This document shows positions 16,385 through 25,934 of a stretch of 64,000 bases of DNA, one piece after another (the stretch's first letter is position 1; each line of letters starts with the position of its first letter). The notes beneath the pieces are model-generated. The model saw only the letters and a program-made list of their open reading frames with translations, was not told the DNA's origin and ran no database searches. The DNA is from an uncultured Candidatus Saccharibacteria bacterium (GTDB taxonomy: Bacteria > Patescibacteriota > Minisyncoccia > Phycocordibacterales > CAYSCM01), in the NCBI GenBank assembly GCA_964429815.1, contig CAYSCM010000001.1, positions 164,240 through 228,239 of the forward strand. Reading direction: 5' to 3'. Made by a program: the position numbers and the translations under genes.

Positions 16385-16915
16385 ATGAGCGGACACAGTA
16401 AGTGGGCCAAAATTAAGCACAAAAAAGCCATAACTGACGCTAAGAAAAGTAAGGCGTTTGGGAAGATTGTGCGTTTTCTTACCGTTGAATCAAAAAAGGC
16501 GAAGGGCGATGTAAACGCCCCAGGCCTTCGCGTTGCCATTGAAAAAGCAAAGGCCAACAATGTGCCCGGCGATACCATTGAGCGAGCTATTTCTAAGGGT
16601 AAAACCGATACCGGAGCGATTATGAATGAGGTCACCTTCGAAGCATACGGCCCGGGAGGGGTAGCTCTCATCATCGAAGGACTTACCGACAACAATAACC
16701 GCACCAGCCAGGAGGTAAAGCAGGTGCTTAGCAAGAACGGCTCCTCACTTGCTGCACAAGGAAGCGCCAGTTGGGCATTTTCCCGTGAAGGGCGCGAGTG
16801 GAAACCTTCGACCATGGTTTCCATTTCGGAAGAAGACGGCGGAAAACTGGAAAACCTCGTCGACGCACTCGAAGATCTCGACGACATCCAGGAGGTATAC
16901 ACGAACGCGGAGTAA
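16385..16915 (+). CDS. yebC: YebC/PmpR-family protein (short, 176 aa)
   Basis: MSGHSKWAKIKHKKAITDAKKSKAFGK... from the internal ATG at 16385. Confidence 0.85.
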   Translation: MSGHSKWAKIKHKKAITDAKKSKAFGKIVRFLTVESKKAKGDVNAPGLRVAIEKAKANNVPGDTIERAISKGKTDTGAIMNEVTFEAYGPGGVALIIEGLTDNNNRTSQEVKQVLSKNGSSLAAQGSASWAFSREGREWKPSTMVSISEEDGGKLENLVDALEDLDDIQEVYTNAE

Positions 16916-16917
16916 TC

Positions 16918-17391
16918 ATGCGCGTCATTGCCATAGACCCCGGATATGATCGCTGTGGAGTCGCGATACTCGAAAGGGCAGCGAAGGGAGAGGCGCTTCT
17001 CTTTTCGACGTGCGTAACGACCTCAAAAGAAAAACCCTTCATCGAACGCCTCGGTGAGGCCGTCGGCGCCGTGAAGCGGCTCATCAGTGCGCACCGCCCT
17101 TCCGAGATGGCTCTGGAGAAGCTTTTTTTCAATAAAAATCAAAAGACCGCGATGATGGTCGCCGAGGTGCGCGGCGCGCTCATTGAGCTCGCTCGCGGAA
17201 ACGACCTCCCCGTTTCCGAGTACACGCCTGGCGAGATCAAGGTAGCGGTGACCGGAGACGGGCGCGCGGACAAGCGGCGCGTCGCACGTATGACGCAGGT
17301 GCTTTTGAAACTCGACGGACACAAACGGCTCGACGATGAGTATGACGCTATGGCAGTCGGCATCACGCACCTCTCGCGACGCCGTCGCTAG
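16918..17391 (+). CDS. ruvC: crossover junction endodeoxyribonuclease RuvC
   Basis: MRVIAIDPGYDRCGVAILE..., DEYDAMAVGITH. Internal ATG at 16918. Confidence 0.9.
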   Translation: MRVIAIDPGYDRCGVAILERAAKGEALLFSTCVTTSKEKPFIERLGEAVGAVKRLISAHRPSEMALEKLFFNKNQKTAMMVAEVRGALIELARGNDLPVSEYTPGEIKVAVTGDGRADKRRVARMTQVLLKLDGHKRLDDEYDAMAVGITHLSRRRR

Positions 17392-17491
17392 CGTTATCCA
17401 CACCAAAATGCCCCTCGTCTTGCCTGTAGGAATCGGGCTGTGCTAACAATGAGGTGCATAGGCTTAGCAGTTAATTTCACGGGCGCATCGT

Positions 17492-17614
17492 ATGCGTGAC
17501 GATAGGGAAAAAGAAGAGGGCGAAGAGACGGAGGAAGGGCTGGGCGAGGAAGGTGCCGACGACGGCGAGGATGAAGATGAGGAAACTCTCCTCGATGAAG
17601 GCGATGAGATATAA
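17492..17614 (+). CDS. possible 40-aa highly acidic peptide
   Basis: MRDDREKEEGEETEEGLGEEGADDGEDEDEETLLDEGDEI, followed directly by a terminator. No clear Shine-Dalgarno sequence. Confidence 0.25.
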   Translation: MRDDREKEEGEETEEGLGEEGADDGEDEDEETLLDEGDEI

Positions 17615-17615
17615 A

Positions 17616-17650
17616 AACGAAATCACCCGCGTACGCGGGTGATTTTATTT
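17616..17650. terminator. bidirectional intrinsic terminator
   Basis: aaatcacccgcg-ta-cgcgggtgattt with A/T-run flanks, between convergent ORFs. Confidence 0.7.
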
Positions 17651-18865
17651 CGCCTTAAGCTCTATCGCGAGAAAGCGACGTTTGCCTATTTTAAGAATGA
17701 GTTCTTTCTCAAGGAGGGCTTCAGGAACGGTAATCGCTCCCCCGCCAACAACCTCAACGCCCCCTTGAGCGACGAGACGCTTCCATTCCGAGTTCGACGA
17801 GACAAGTCCGGAGCGTATGACCGCTTCGGAAAGCTTTGTGCCGAGCAAGGAGGAAACGCGAGGGAGATCGGCAGGAACGCCGCCTCCCTGAAAAGTCGTC
17901 GTGAAATCGTTCTCCGCGGCACGGGCCGCATCAGCGCCGTGGTAGAGCGTGACTATATCGCGGGCGAGGCGCATTTTGGCGTCCTTGGGGTGTAGGTTCC
18001 CCTCCTTCGTTTCCCGCGCGAGGCGCTTGGCTTCCTCGTAAGGAATCCGAGTCGCGTGTATGAAGTAGTCCGGAACCATGTCGTCGTGCATGCTCATAAT
18101 CTTCCCGTACATCTGCGAGGGAGCATCGGTGAGATTTATCGTATTGCCCCATGATGAGCTCATTTTGCGCCCATCGAACCCCTCGATAAGGGGGTTCATG
18201 ACGATGTTCTGCGGCTTTTGCTTAAAGTGTCCCTGAAGCGTCCTGCCGGCGAGAAGATTGAACTTCTGGTCGGTGCCGCCGAGCTCGACATCGGCCGCGA
18301 CGGCGACCGAGTCATAGCCTTGCATAAGCGGGTAGAGCACTTCGCGCAACGATACGCGCTTCCCCTCCGAGAGACGTTTGCCTATGTTTTCCCGTGCAAC
18401 GAAGTCGGAGAGGGAAAAAAGGTCGGCGTGCTCGCCGATTTCCCTATACGAAAGCTTTTCGAGCCATTCGGAATTTCGCCGAAGCTCGGCCTCGCGCACG
18501 TCGATGAGCTTCCCGACCTGGGCAAAGTACGTTTTTTTGTTCGTCTCTATCGCTTCGCGCGAGAGCATGGGGCGCTCCGCCTCCTTGTCGGAGGTGTCGC
18601 CGATGACCGCGGTAAAATCACCAAGGATAAAGACGACCTGGTGCCCGAGCTCCTCAAAATCGCGAAGCTTGAGGAGTGAGACGGCCCGGCCGAGGTGGAG
18701 ATGCGGGCTCGTGGGATCGATGCCGAGTTTTACCCGAAGTCGCCGGCCCGAGAGGAGCGCGCGACGGAGATCTTCCTTGACGATGACTTCGGAAACCCCG
18801 CGCTCCAGAAGCTCATCGATTTTGCGCACGTCGGTCGACACCGATCGGCTCTTCCTCCATAACAT
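17645..18865 (-). CDS. tyrS: tyrosyl-tRNA synthetase
   Basis: HIGH-type motif PTSPHLHLG, KMSKS-type motif RKMSSS, C-terminal S4-like domain. Confidence 0.9.
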   Translation of the reverse strand: MLWRKSRSVSTDVRKIDELLERGVSEVIVKEDLRRALLSGRRLRVKLGIDPTSPHLHLGRAVSLLKLRDFEELGHQVVFILGDFTAVIGDTSDKEAERPMLSREAIETNKKTYFAQVGKLIDVREAELRRNSEWLEKLSYREIGEHADLFSLSDFVARENIGKRLSEGKRVSLREVLYPLMQGYDSVAVAADVELGGTDQKFNLLAGRTLQGHFKQKPQNIVMNPLIEGFDGRKMSSSWGNTINLTDAPSQMYGKIMSMHDDMVPDYFIHATRIPYEEAKRLARETKEGNLHPKDAKMRLARDIVTLYHGADAARAAENDFTTTFQGGGVPADLPRVSSLLGTKLSEAVIRSGLVSSNSEWKRLVAQGGVEVVGGGAITVPEALLEKELILKIGKRRFLAIELKAK

Positions 18866-18930
18866 GGCCCCACTCTACCACGGACCCGCATATTTTTAAG
18901 CCCGCTCCTGCGTGTTAAAATAGCCAAACT

Positions 18931-21069
18931 GTGAGAGCTCACAAAACGAGTTTACTCCTCCTGCTCCTCTCCCTTTTCTTTTTTGCCGGGGGCATCTTCA
19001 TCATCTGGGCCGCGACGCTGCCGCTCCCGGACCTGGGAAGTATCTCCGCGCGGCGCGTCGAACAGTCGACCAAACTCTACGACCGAACAGGCAAGGTCCT
19101 CCTTTTTGATCTCCACGATGATAAACAGCGCACCCTCGTCACTTTCGACGAGATATCGCGCAACGTGAAAAACGCTACGGTCGCCATCGAGGACGCGCAA
19201 TTTTATCAGCACGGCGGCATCCGTCTCCTCTCCATCGCTCGCGCCATACTCGCCGACGCGCTCGTGACGCTCCACTTGAGCGCCGGCTACGTGCAGGGCG
19301 GCTCGACTATCACGCAACAGGTCGTAAAAAACGCCCTGCTCACCCAGCAACGCTCGCTCGCACGCAAACTCAAGGAGTGGGTGCTCGCGGTGAAGCTCGA
19401 CCGCGCTCTCCCGAAGGAGAAAATCCTCGAGCTCTACCTCAATGAGACTCCCTATGGCGGCAACATCTACGGTGTCGAGGAAGCGAGCCTCGCCTATTTC
19501 GGTAAGCGTGCCGTGGATGTTGACCTCGCGGAGGCCGCCTACCTTGCGGCGCTTCCGCAGGCACCGACCTATTACAGCCCGTACGGCAACCACAAGGGCG
19601 CGCTTGAGGAGCGAAAAAACTTAGTCCTCTCAAAAATGCTCGAGAACGGATTCATAACGCAAGGGGAGTATGACTCCGCGAAAGCAGAGCAAGTAATATT
19701 TGCGGCACAGGAAGATAAGAGCATTAAAGCGCCGCACTTTGTCTTTTACATACGCGAGTACCTCGAGAATAAGTACGGGAAGGATGCCTTGGAAAATGAA
19801 GGGCTTCGCGTCACGACGACCCTTGATTACGATCTCCAGGCCAAAGCGCAGGATATTGTGTCGCGCTACGCACAGAGCAACCAAAAAACCTTCAACGCGA
19901 GCAACGCCGGTCTCGTCGCGATAGATCCAAAAACCGGCCAAATACTTGTCATGGTAGGCTCCCGCGACTACTTCGATACGACGATCGACGGTGCGGTTAA
20001 TGTGACGCTCGCCAAGCGTCAGCCGGGCTCATCGTTCAAACCCTTCGTGTACGCGACCGCGATAGAAAAGGGCTATACGCCGGATACCGTCGTGTGGGAC
20101 GTACCGACACAGTTTTCCACCTCCTGTCCCGTCGATAAACTCGAGAGTGACAAGGACCAGTGCTATGCGCCTCAAAACTACGACGGCAAGTTCCGCGGTC
20201 CGGTGACGCTCCGGAGCGCCCTGGCACAGTCGCTCAACGTCCCCTCCGTGAAGGTTTTCTACCTTGCCGGGCTTTCCGATTCCCTCACGACCGCCAAGGC
20301 GATGGGTATCTCAACCCTCACCGATATCGGACGCTATGGGCTCACCCTGGTGCTCGGCGGCGGCGAGGTTACTCTCCTCGACGAGACGTCCGCCTACGGC
20401 GTGTTTGCCAACCAGGGCGTGCGCAACCCGCCGACCGGGATACTGCGCGTCGAGGACAGTAAGGGAAACGTGCTCGAGGAGTACGAGCAACACCCCTCCT
20501 CGGTGCTCGATCCCACAATCGCCAACACTATCTCTGATATGCTCTCGGACAACGTCGCACGTGCTCCTTCGTATGGGACGAATTCAGCACTGTATTTCCC
20601 CGGTCGTTCCGTCGCCGCAAAAACCGGTACCACCAACGACTACCGCGACGCTTGGATAATCGGCTACACGCCCTCCATCGCTGCCGGCGCATGGGCTGGC
20701 AACAACGACAATACGCCTATGCAAAAAAAGGTAGCGGGGTTCATCATCGCTCCTTTGTGGAACGAATTCATGCGTGAAGCTCTGAAAACCCTCCCCGAAG
20801 AAGCTTTCCCCGAACCACAGTACGATGACCCCTCGACCCTTAAGCCGATTCTTCGCGGTGTGTGGCAGCCGGATGTTTCAAACGGCACCGTCCAATACCA
20901 CGAGATTCTTCAGTACGTCGACCGGGGTAATCCGCGGGGCGCAGCGCCGGCAAACCCCGCGGCAGACCCACAGTACGCGTACTGGGAGTATGGACTCCAG
21001 CACTACCTTTCAAATTCGGGTGTCCCCCAGTCATTACCGACGGCGACACCGACGGTACCCACTAACTAA
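18931..21069 (+). CDS. bifunctional class A penicillin-binding protein (glycosyltransferase + transpeptidase)
   Basis: GT51 motif EDAQFYQHGGI. Transpeptidase motifs SSFKP, SLN, KTGTTN. N-terminal TM anchor. GTG start. Confidence 0.9.
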   Translation: MRAHKTSLLLLLLSLFFFAGGIFIIWAATLPLPDLGSISARRVEQSTKLYDRTGKVLLFDLHDDKQRTLVTFDEISRNVKNATVAIEDAQFYQHGGIRLLSIARAILADALVTLHLSAGYVQGGSTITQQVVKNALLTQQRSLARKLKEWVLAVKLDRALPKEKILELYLNETPYGGNIYGVEEASLAYFGKRAVDVDLAEAAYLAALPQAPTYYSPYGNHKGALEERKNLVLSKMLENGFITQGEYDSAKAEQVIFAAQEDKSIKAPHFVFYIREYLENKYGKDALENEGLRVTTTLDYDLQAKAQDIVSRYAQSNQKTFNASNAGLVAIDPKTGQILVMVGSRDYFDTTIDGAVNVTLAKRQPGSSFKPFVYATAIEKGYTPDTVVWDVPTQFSTSCPVDKLESDKDQCYAPQNYDGKFRGPVTLRSALAQSLNVPSVKVFYLAGLSDSLTTAKAMGISTLTDIGRYGLTLVLGGGEVTLLDETSAYGVFANQGVRNPPTGILRVEDSKGNVLEEYEQHPSSVLDPTIANTISDMLSDNVARAPSYGTNSALYFPGRSVAAKTGTTNDYRDAWIIGYTPSIAAGAWAGNNDNTPMQKKVAGFIIAPLWNEFMREALKTLPEEAFPEPQYDDPSTLKPILRGVWQPDVSNGTVQYHEILQYVDRGNPRGAAPANPAADPQYAYWEYGLQHYLSNSGVPQSLPTATPTVPTN

Positions 21070-21322
21070 GGTCACGCACAATGCGTTTCCCGGGGAGCGT
21101 CTCTGCGACCTCGCGTAGTATCGCTGCCTTATGGAGCATAATTTCGCTTCGTCGAACTGAATCTATCTTGAGGTGTACCTTTGAGCCAGATAGTTTTATT
21201 TCTTCGGTGGAGACAATAAATCCACAGACCTTCTTAACCGCGGCAGCGACAACGTCCTTGATCACTCGTTCGGGGGGTGTAAGGTTCGTAAACCTCGCGA
21301 GGTATTCTCGAAGTGGCCGCAT
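21062..21322 (-). CDS. DUF721/DciA-like small protein
   Basis: 86 aa, immediately downstream of dnaN. The pattern ...IKLSGSKVHLKIDSVRRSEIMLHKAAILREV resembles DUF721. Confidence 0.4.
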   Translation of the reverse strand: MRPLREYLARFTNLTPPERVIKDVVAAAVKKVCGFIVSTEEIKLSGSKVHLKIDSVRRSEIMLHKAAILREVAETLPGKRIVRDLS

Positions 21323-21325
21323 GCC

Positions 21326-22426
21326 TTAACGATTCATCGGCATGACGAGATAAAGAAACGATGCATCGCCCACACCTCGTATGACGAGCGGCTTGCCTGG
21401 TCCACCAAAGGTAAGGGTGAGGCTATCAGTGGAGATTGATTGGAGACAGTCGGAAAGGTAGCGATGGTTGAAGTGTATATCGAGTGATTCTCCGGATAAG
21501 GTTGCGGGTATCTGCTCCTCTATTTCACCGATATCCGCATTCCGGGAGCTTAGGGTAAATGCTTTTTTGTTTGGTTTGAGCGAGAAGGATACCTGATTGA
21601 ACTTATCGGAAAATACGACAGCGCGCTTAAGAATGGCCATGAAATCGGCTTTAAGGAGCACAGCCTCAGTGACTCCCTCTTTGGGAATTATTTGTCGATA
21701 GTCCGGGAAGGTGCCGTCGATGAGCCGTGAGGTTATGAACACCCGCTTAAAAGAGAGCGAGAGTTGGTTTTTTGAGAAGGAGATATTCAATTCAGCATCG
21801 GCTTCCTCGAGAATTTTCGCTATCTCAATGGCATTTCGTATGGGAAGTATGAGGGGATCGAAATCGACGCTCTTCTTTTCGGGAACTATTTTCTCCGCAA
21901 GCCTAAATGAATCCGTTGCTGCAAAGATGAGGCTTCCATTATGGTGATAGATATAAATACTGCAAAGCTCGGGTTTGATTGATGATGTTGAAGCGCTGTA
22001 GGCAACGGCTCGTACACCACGAGCGAGTATGTCGGGTTTTATGGAGAGCGACTTTCCGCCGGAAACGTAGGGGAGGTGAGGAAAATCGGCCGCTGCTTGT
22101 CCCTTGATTGTTGTTGTACTGCCTTTGGTTTCCACCTTAAGGTTCCCTTCAACTCCTACTAATCGCACCGGGGTTCCTGATGGTGTGGTATTTACCACTT
22201 GTGAAAGGATGTGTCCTGGTACCGCAACTACTCCTTCGGTCGAAACTTTAGCCGGTACTTCAACCTCTATCCCAAGCTCGAGGTTGGTAGAGCGAATGAG
22301 AAGGTTGTTCTTTCCTGCAACGATACAAAGGCAGGAGAGTACCGGAAGGGTAACGTTGCGCCCCGTTGCTCGTTCTGCGAGACCAATGGCCCTCTGGAGT
22401 TCTTCGCTTCGTACCTCAACCTTCAT
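21326..22426 (-). CDS. dnaN: DNA polymerase III beta sliding clamp
   Basis: 366 aa, three-domain length, directly downstream of dnaA. MKVEVRSEELQRAIGLAERA... Confidence 0.9.
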   Translation of the reverse strand: MKVEVRSEELQRAIGLAERATGRNVTLPVLSCLCIVAGKNNLLIRSTNLELGIEVEVPAKVSTEGVVAVPGHILSQVVNTTPSGTPVRLVGVEGNLKVETKGSTTTIKGQAAADFPHLPYVSGGKSLSIKPDILARGVRAVAYSASTSSIKPELCSIYIYHHNGSLIFAATDSFRLAEKIVPEKKSVDFDPLILPIRNAIEIAKILEEADAELNISFSKNQLSLSFKRVFITSRLIDGTFPDYRQIIPKEGVTEAVLLKADFMAILKRAVVFSDKFNQVSFSLKPNKKAFTLSSRNADIGEIEEQIPATLSGESLDIHFNHRYLSDCLQSISTDSLTLTFGGPGKPLVIRGVGDASFLYLVMPMNR

Positions 22427-22663
22427 ATATATGATTTTTAAATGAATTTAAAGAGATATTTCTATTTACTCTGTGGAAACCGTGAATAGTCATTGTAAGC
22501 TTTTATTTCAAGGGAATTTTTACGTTACTATATTCCTACTATGTGGATAGAATGCGTATTTCTCACTCAATAATCCCCACTCCCCGCTCATTTTATATTT
22601 TCAATCATCTTATGTACGCATAATTGTCGTTGTATCCATCGGCTACCAACGCACTCTCCACAC
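22427..22663. other. candidate oriC (AT-rich unwinding region plus DnaA-box-like 9-mers)
   Basis: AT-rich 22425-22470. TGTGGATAG 22540-48, TGTGGAAAC 22470-78, CTCTCCACA 22652-60, TAATCCCCA about 22569-77. Located in the dnaA-dnaN intergenic region. Confidence 0.55.
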
Positions 22664-24049
22664 TTATTTCAACATTCCCCGTATCTGCTCTATTTCCTGG
22701 GTGAGAGTAGCATCGACCTTGAGATCGTTTTTTATCTTTTCACACGAGTGAATCACGGTCGTATGGTCGCGACCACCAAGCCGTGAGCCTATTGTGGGGA
22801 ATGATACATGAAAATCCTCACGAAGAATGTACATAATGACTTGCCGCGGGCGCACCACCTCCTTTCGGCGCGTTTTTTCATAGATGGACTCTTCAGGGAT
22901 GTCATAAAAATCGGCGATTTTCTTGATAATCTCCTTTGTGGAGACTAATTTTTTTGGTCGCGATGACAATTTAATAAGATTTTTTACCTCAGGGAGCGTC
23001 AAGGTGCGTCCCTTAAGTTGTGACTGCATAACGACGGCGTTGAGCATCCCCTCGAGCTCTCGGATGTTGGCGACGATGGTTCCCGCGAGGTGCTCGAGGA
23101 GCTCATGGTCGAGGAGATAGCCTTGCTGGAGCGATTTTGTCTTGAGAATTGCCATTCTCGACTCGAAATCCGGCTCCGGTATGTCGACAATCATGCCGCC
23201 GGAGAAACGCGACTTAAGGCGGTCGTCGATATGCTGGAGCTCGGAGGGGTGCTTATCCGAGGAAAAGACTATCTGTTTGTTGTTGTCGTGGAGGACATTG
23301 AAGGTGTGGAAGAGCTCATCCATGGAGCGCTCTTTCTGCGAGATGAATTGCACGTCGTCCATGATGAGCACATCGTACTGGCGATACTTTTCCTTAAAGC
23401 CTGTGAAATTCGTGCTCTGCACCGCAGCGAGGTAGTCCATGACGAACCGCTCCGAGGTCACATAGTAAATTTTTTTACCCGAATGAGCTTTTTTTATCTG
23501 GTTCCCTATTGCTTGGATGAGATGAGTTTTACCTCGGCCCGTCGCGCCGTAGATAAAGAGGGGGTTGTAAGCGATCCCGGGCTTTTTGACGACCGCTTGC
23601 GCCGCGGCGAACGCGAGCTCATTAAACGGCCCGACAACGAAGGTGTCGAAGGTATAGCGGGGGTTGAGGTTGTCGCTTTTGTTTATGTAGTACTCGGAGA
23701 GGGGCAGCTCTCCGGTAAGAAGGACATTGGGCCGTGGAGCCTCTTCTTCAGAGCGCGTGCGGCCCCGGCTTATCGTGTATTCAAGCCCGCGGATGTGAGT
23801 ACTGGCGCTCCGGAGCGCCTTGAGTATGAATTTGTGGTACTTTTTTGAAAGCCAATCACGGACGAACTGGTTCGGAACGGCCAAAAACACCACGCCGTCC
23901 TCGATGCGCGCGATCGACGTGTCTTTAAACCACGTCGTGAAGTTCGGTTTTGAGATGGAGAGCTCTATTTCGACGAGGACGTTCTGCCATAGCTCCTTCG
24001 TATCGATTTCCTCTACGACGACGCCAGCATGCGTATCAACCCCATCCAT
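22664..24049 (-). CDS. dnaA: chromosomal replication initiator DnaA
   Basis: AAA+ motifs GATGRGKTHL, LIMDDVQF. C-terminal DNA-binding helix GGRDHTTVIHSCEKI. Confidence 0.95.
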   Translation of the reverse strand: MDGVDTHAGVVVEEIDTKELWQNVLVEIELSISKPNFTTWFKDTSIARIEDGVVFLAVPNQFVRDWLSKKYHKFILKALRSASTHIRGLEYTISRGRTRSEEEAPRPNVLLTGELPLSEYYINKSDNLNPRYTFDTFVVGPFNELAFAAAQAVVKKPGIAYNPLFIYGATGRGKTHLIQAIGNQIKKAHSGKKIYYVTSERFVMDYLAAVQSTNFTGFKEKYRQYDVLIMDDVQFISQKERSMDELFHTFNVLHDNNKQIVFSSDKHPSELQHIDDRLKSRFSGGMIVDIPEPDFESRMAILKTKSLQQGYLLDHELLEHLAGTIVANIRELEGMLNAVVMQSQLKGRTLTLPEVKNLIKLSSRPKKLVSTKEIIKKIADFYDIPEESIYEKTRRKEVVRPRQVIMYILREDFHVSFPTIGSRLGGRDHTTVIHSCEKIKNDLKVDATLTQEIEQIRGMLK

Positions 24050-24143
24050 AGTGGTCCTAGTATCGCACCGCCCCGCGGACCGTCAAACTTGCGTTAAAAC
24101 GGCCGATATGGTACTAACGTGTGTATAACCTGTTGAAAATTTC

Positions 24144-24281
24144 GTGCCGAAACGAACCTATCAACCCAAGAAGCGAAAACGCGCCCGTACCCACGGGTTC
24201 CTTGCTCGTACGCGTTCCCGAAAAGGAGGGAACGTTCTTGCACGCCGCCGCCGGCGCGGCCGGCGGCGTCTCTCTGTTTAG
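24144..24281 (+). CDS. rpmH: 50S ribosomal protein L34
   Basis: Below the ORF-track cutoff. GTG start. Translation (M)[44 protein letters not shown]. Confidence 0.9.
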   Translation: MPKRTYQPKKRKRARTHGFLARTRSRKGGNVLARRRRRGRRRLSV

Positions 24282-24289
24282 GTTTTTCG

Positions 24290-24625
24290 ATGCTTCGGAA
24301 AAAAAATAGGCTAACCCGCGCCCACTTTGCGGGACTTGCCTCCGGGAGCATTTTCCAGAGACCCTCTATGACCCTTCGTTTACGTACAGGGCAGGGAGAG
24401 AGCCGCTTCGCCGTTGTTGTTTCCTCGGCCGTTTCTAGAAATGCGACGAGTCGCAACTATTTGCGGAGAGTCCTCTACGGTGCGCTACGTTTCCACTGGC
24501 CGAAGCTAAAAAAAGGCCTCAATGGAGCCATATTTTTGAAAAAACACGCTGTGAACCTCCGGCCCAATGAGCTCAAGGAAGAGCTTAAAGATCTCTTGAA
24601 CGTAAGCCGCAGCCTCACTCCGTAG
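24290..24625 (+). CDS. rnpA: RNase P protein component
   Basis: Position after rpmH. Basic 111-aa protein, MLRKKNRLTRAHF... Confidence 0.8.
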   Translation: MLRKKNRLTRAHFAGLASGSIFQRPSMTLRLRTGQGESRFAVVVSSAVSRNATSRNYLRRVLYGALRFHWPKLKKGLNGAIFLKKHAVNLRPNELKEELKDLLNVSRSLTP

Positions 24626-24678
24626 GCTACTTCCTTGGGAAAATTGTGGAATACCCTGAGAGCGGCTAGAATAGCCAA

Positions 24679-25407
24679 ATGTCGGCTCTCTTCCATGCCG
24701 CTCTCTACAACCCGCTTTACAACGGGCTTATTTTTTTGATAGGCGTCATGCCCGCGGGAGATGCGGGGCTCGCCATCATAGCGCTCACCATCATCGTCAA
24801 GCTCATCCTCTTCCCTCTCTCGCTCCGGGCGGCACGCACCCAGATACTCATGCGCTCCCTCGAAGACGAGTTGGCGACTATAAAACAGCGCTATAAAGAC
24901 CGGCGGGAACAGGCGATGAAGACCATGGAGCTCTACCGGCGCGAAAAGGTGAACCCGTTCTCAAGTTTCCTCCTCATCTTGATACAACTCCCTGTCATAT
25001 TCGCGCTCTATTTCGTGTTCGTGCGCGGTGGATTGCCTACCATCCACACCGCCATTCTTTACCCTTTCGTGCATGTACCCGGAAGCGTTGATCTCATCTT
25101 TCTAGGGCTCTTTGATCTTTCGACCCACAGCATTATTCTCGCAGTTCTTGCCGGCCTTTCTCAGTTCATCCAAGCCTCTATCAGCTTCTCGAAAGGTCCG
25201 CATGTGAAAGGCTCTGAAAGAACTGTTGCGCACGCCATGCAGCTCCAGATGAAATACCTCTTCCCCCTTCTCATCGCCTACATCGCCTACCGCTTCTTTG
25301 CCGCAGTTGCACTTTACTGGGTGACGAGTAATATCTTTGCAATCGGCCAGGAACTGTATGTGCGCGCAAAGCTCAAGCAGGTTGTCCGTCCAAACGCCGC
25401 GTCATGA
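24679..25407 (+). CDS. yidC: membrane protein insertase YidC (short form)
   Basis: YNPLYNGLIFL, MELYRREKVNPFSSFLLILIQLPVIFALY, five TM segments, position after rnpA. Confidence 0.9.
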   Translation: MSALFHAALYNPLYNGLIFLIGVMPAGDAGLAIIALTIIVKLILFPLSLRAARTQILMRSLEDELATIKQRYKDRREQAMKTMELYRREKVNPFSSFLLILIQLPVIFALYFVFVRGGLPTIHTAILYPFVHVPGSVDLIFLGLFDLSTHSIILAVLAGLSQFIQASISFSKGPHVKGSERTVAHAMQLQMKYLFPLLIAYIAYRFFAAVALYWVTSNIFAIGQELYVRAKLKQVVRPNAAS

Positions 25408-25934
25408 ATGAAGAAAACCAGCAAAAACAACAGCATGCCAAAGAAACGCGCCGCCCTATCGACCGGGCGCTCATTCGTAAACTTTTAACCGACGTACTGG
25501 AACGCCTCCAGATAACCGTTGAGGCGCTCGAGGAGATCGACCACCCGGCCCACCCCATTTTTTTGGTGAAGACACCCGATTCGGCGGTTCTCATAGGCAA
25601 CCGGGGAGAGAGCCTCCAAGCACTCAACTATCTCTTGCGAAAAATGGTCGAGCAAGAGGGTGACGGAGAGGGCATGGAGCAGTTTCTCGTCGACGTCAAT
25701 CACTACCAAAGCAAAAAAATAGACGAGCTGCGGCAAAAAGCGCTCATGCTCGCGGAGCGCGCTCGTCTCTTCAAGCACGACGTTGAAATGAGCCCCATGA
25801 GCGCCTACGAACGCATGATCGTGCACGCAACATTCGCCGATCATCCCGACGTCGGCACAGAATCGCAAGGCGAAGGAAAGTTCCGCCGCGTGGTCATCAA
25901 ATATAAGGGTTCAGGAAGCGGCGGAGGTACCTAA
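25404..25934 (+). CDS. jag: Jag/KhpB-like R3H RNA-binding protein
   Basis: C-terminal R3H region ERMIVHATFADHPDVGTESQGEGKFRRVVI. Position after yidC. Confidence 0.8.
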   Translation: MNEENQQKQQHAKETRRPIDRALIRKLLTDVLERLQITVEALEEIDHPAHPIFLVKTPDSAVLIGNRGESLQALNYLLRKMVEQEGDGEGMEQFLVDVNHYQSKKIDELRQKALMLAERARLFKHDVEMSPMSAYERMIVHATFADHPDVGTESQGEGKFRRVVIKYKGSGSGGGT

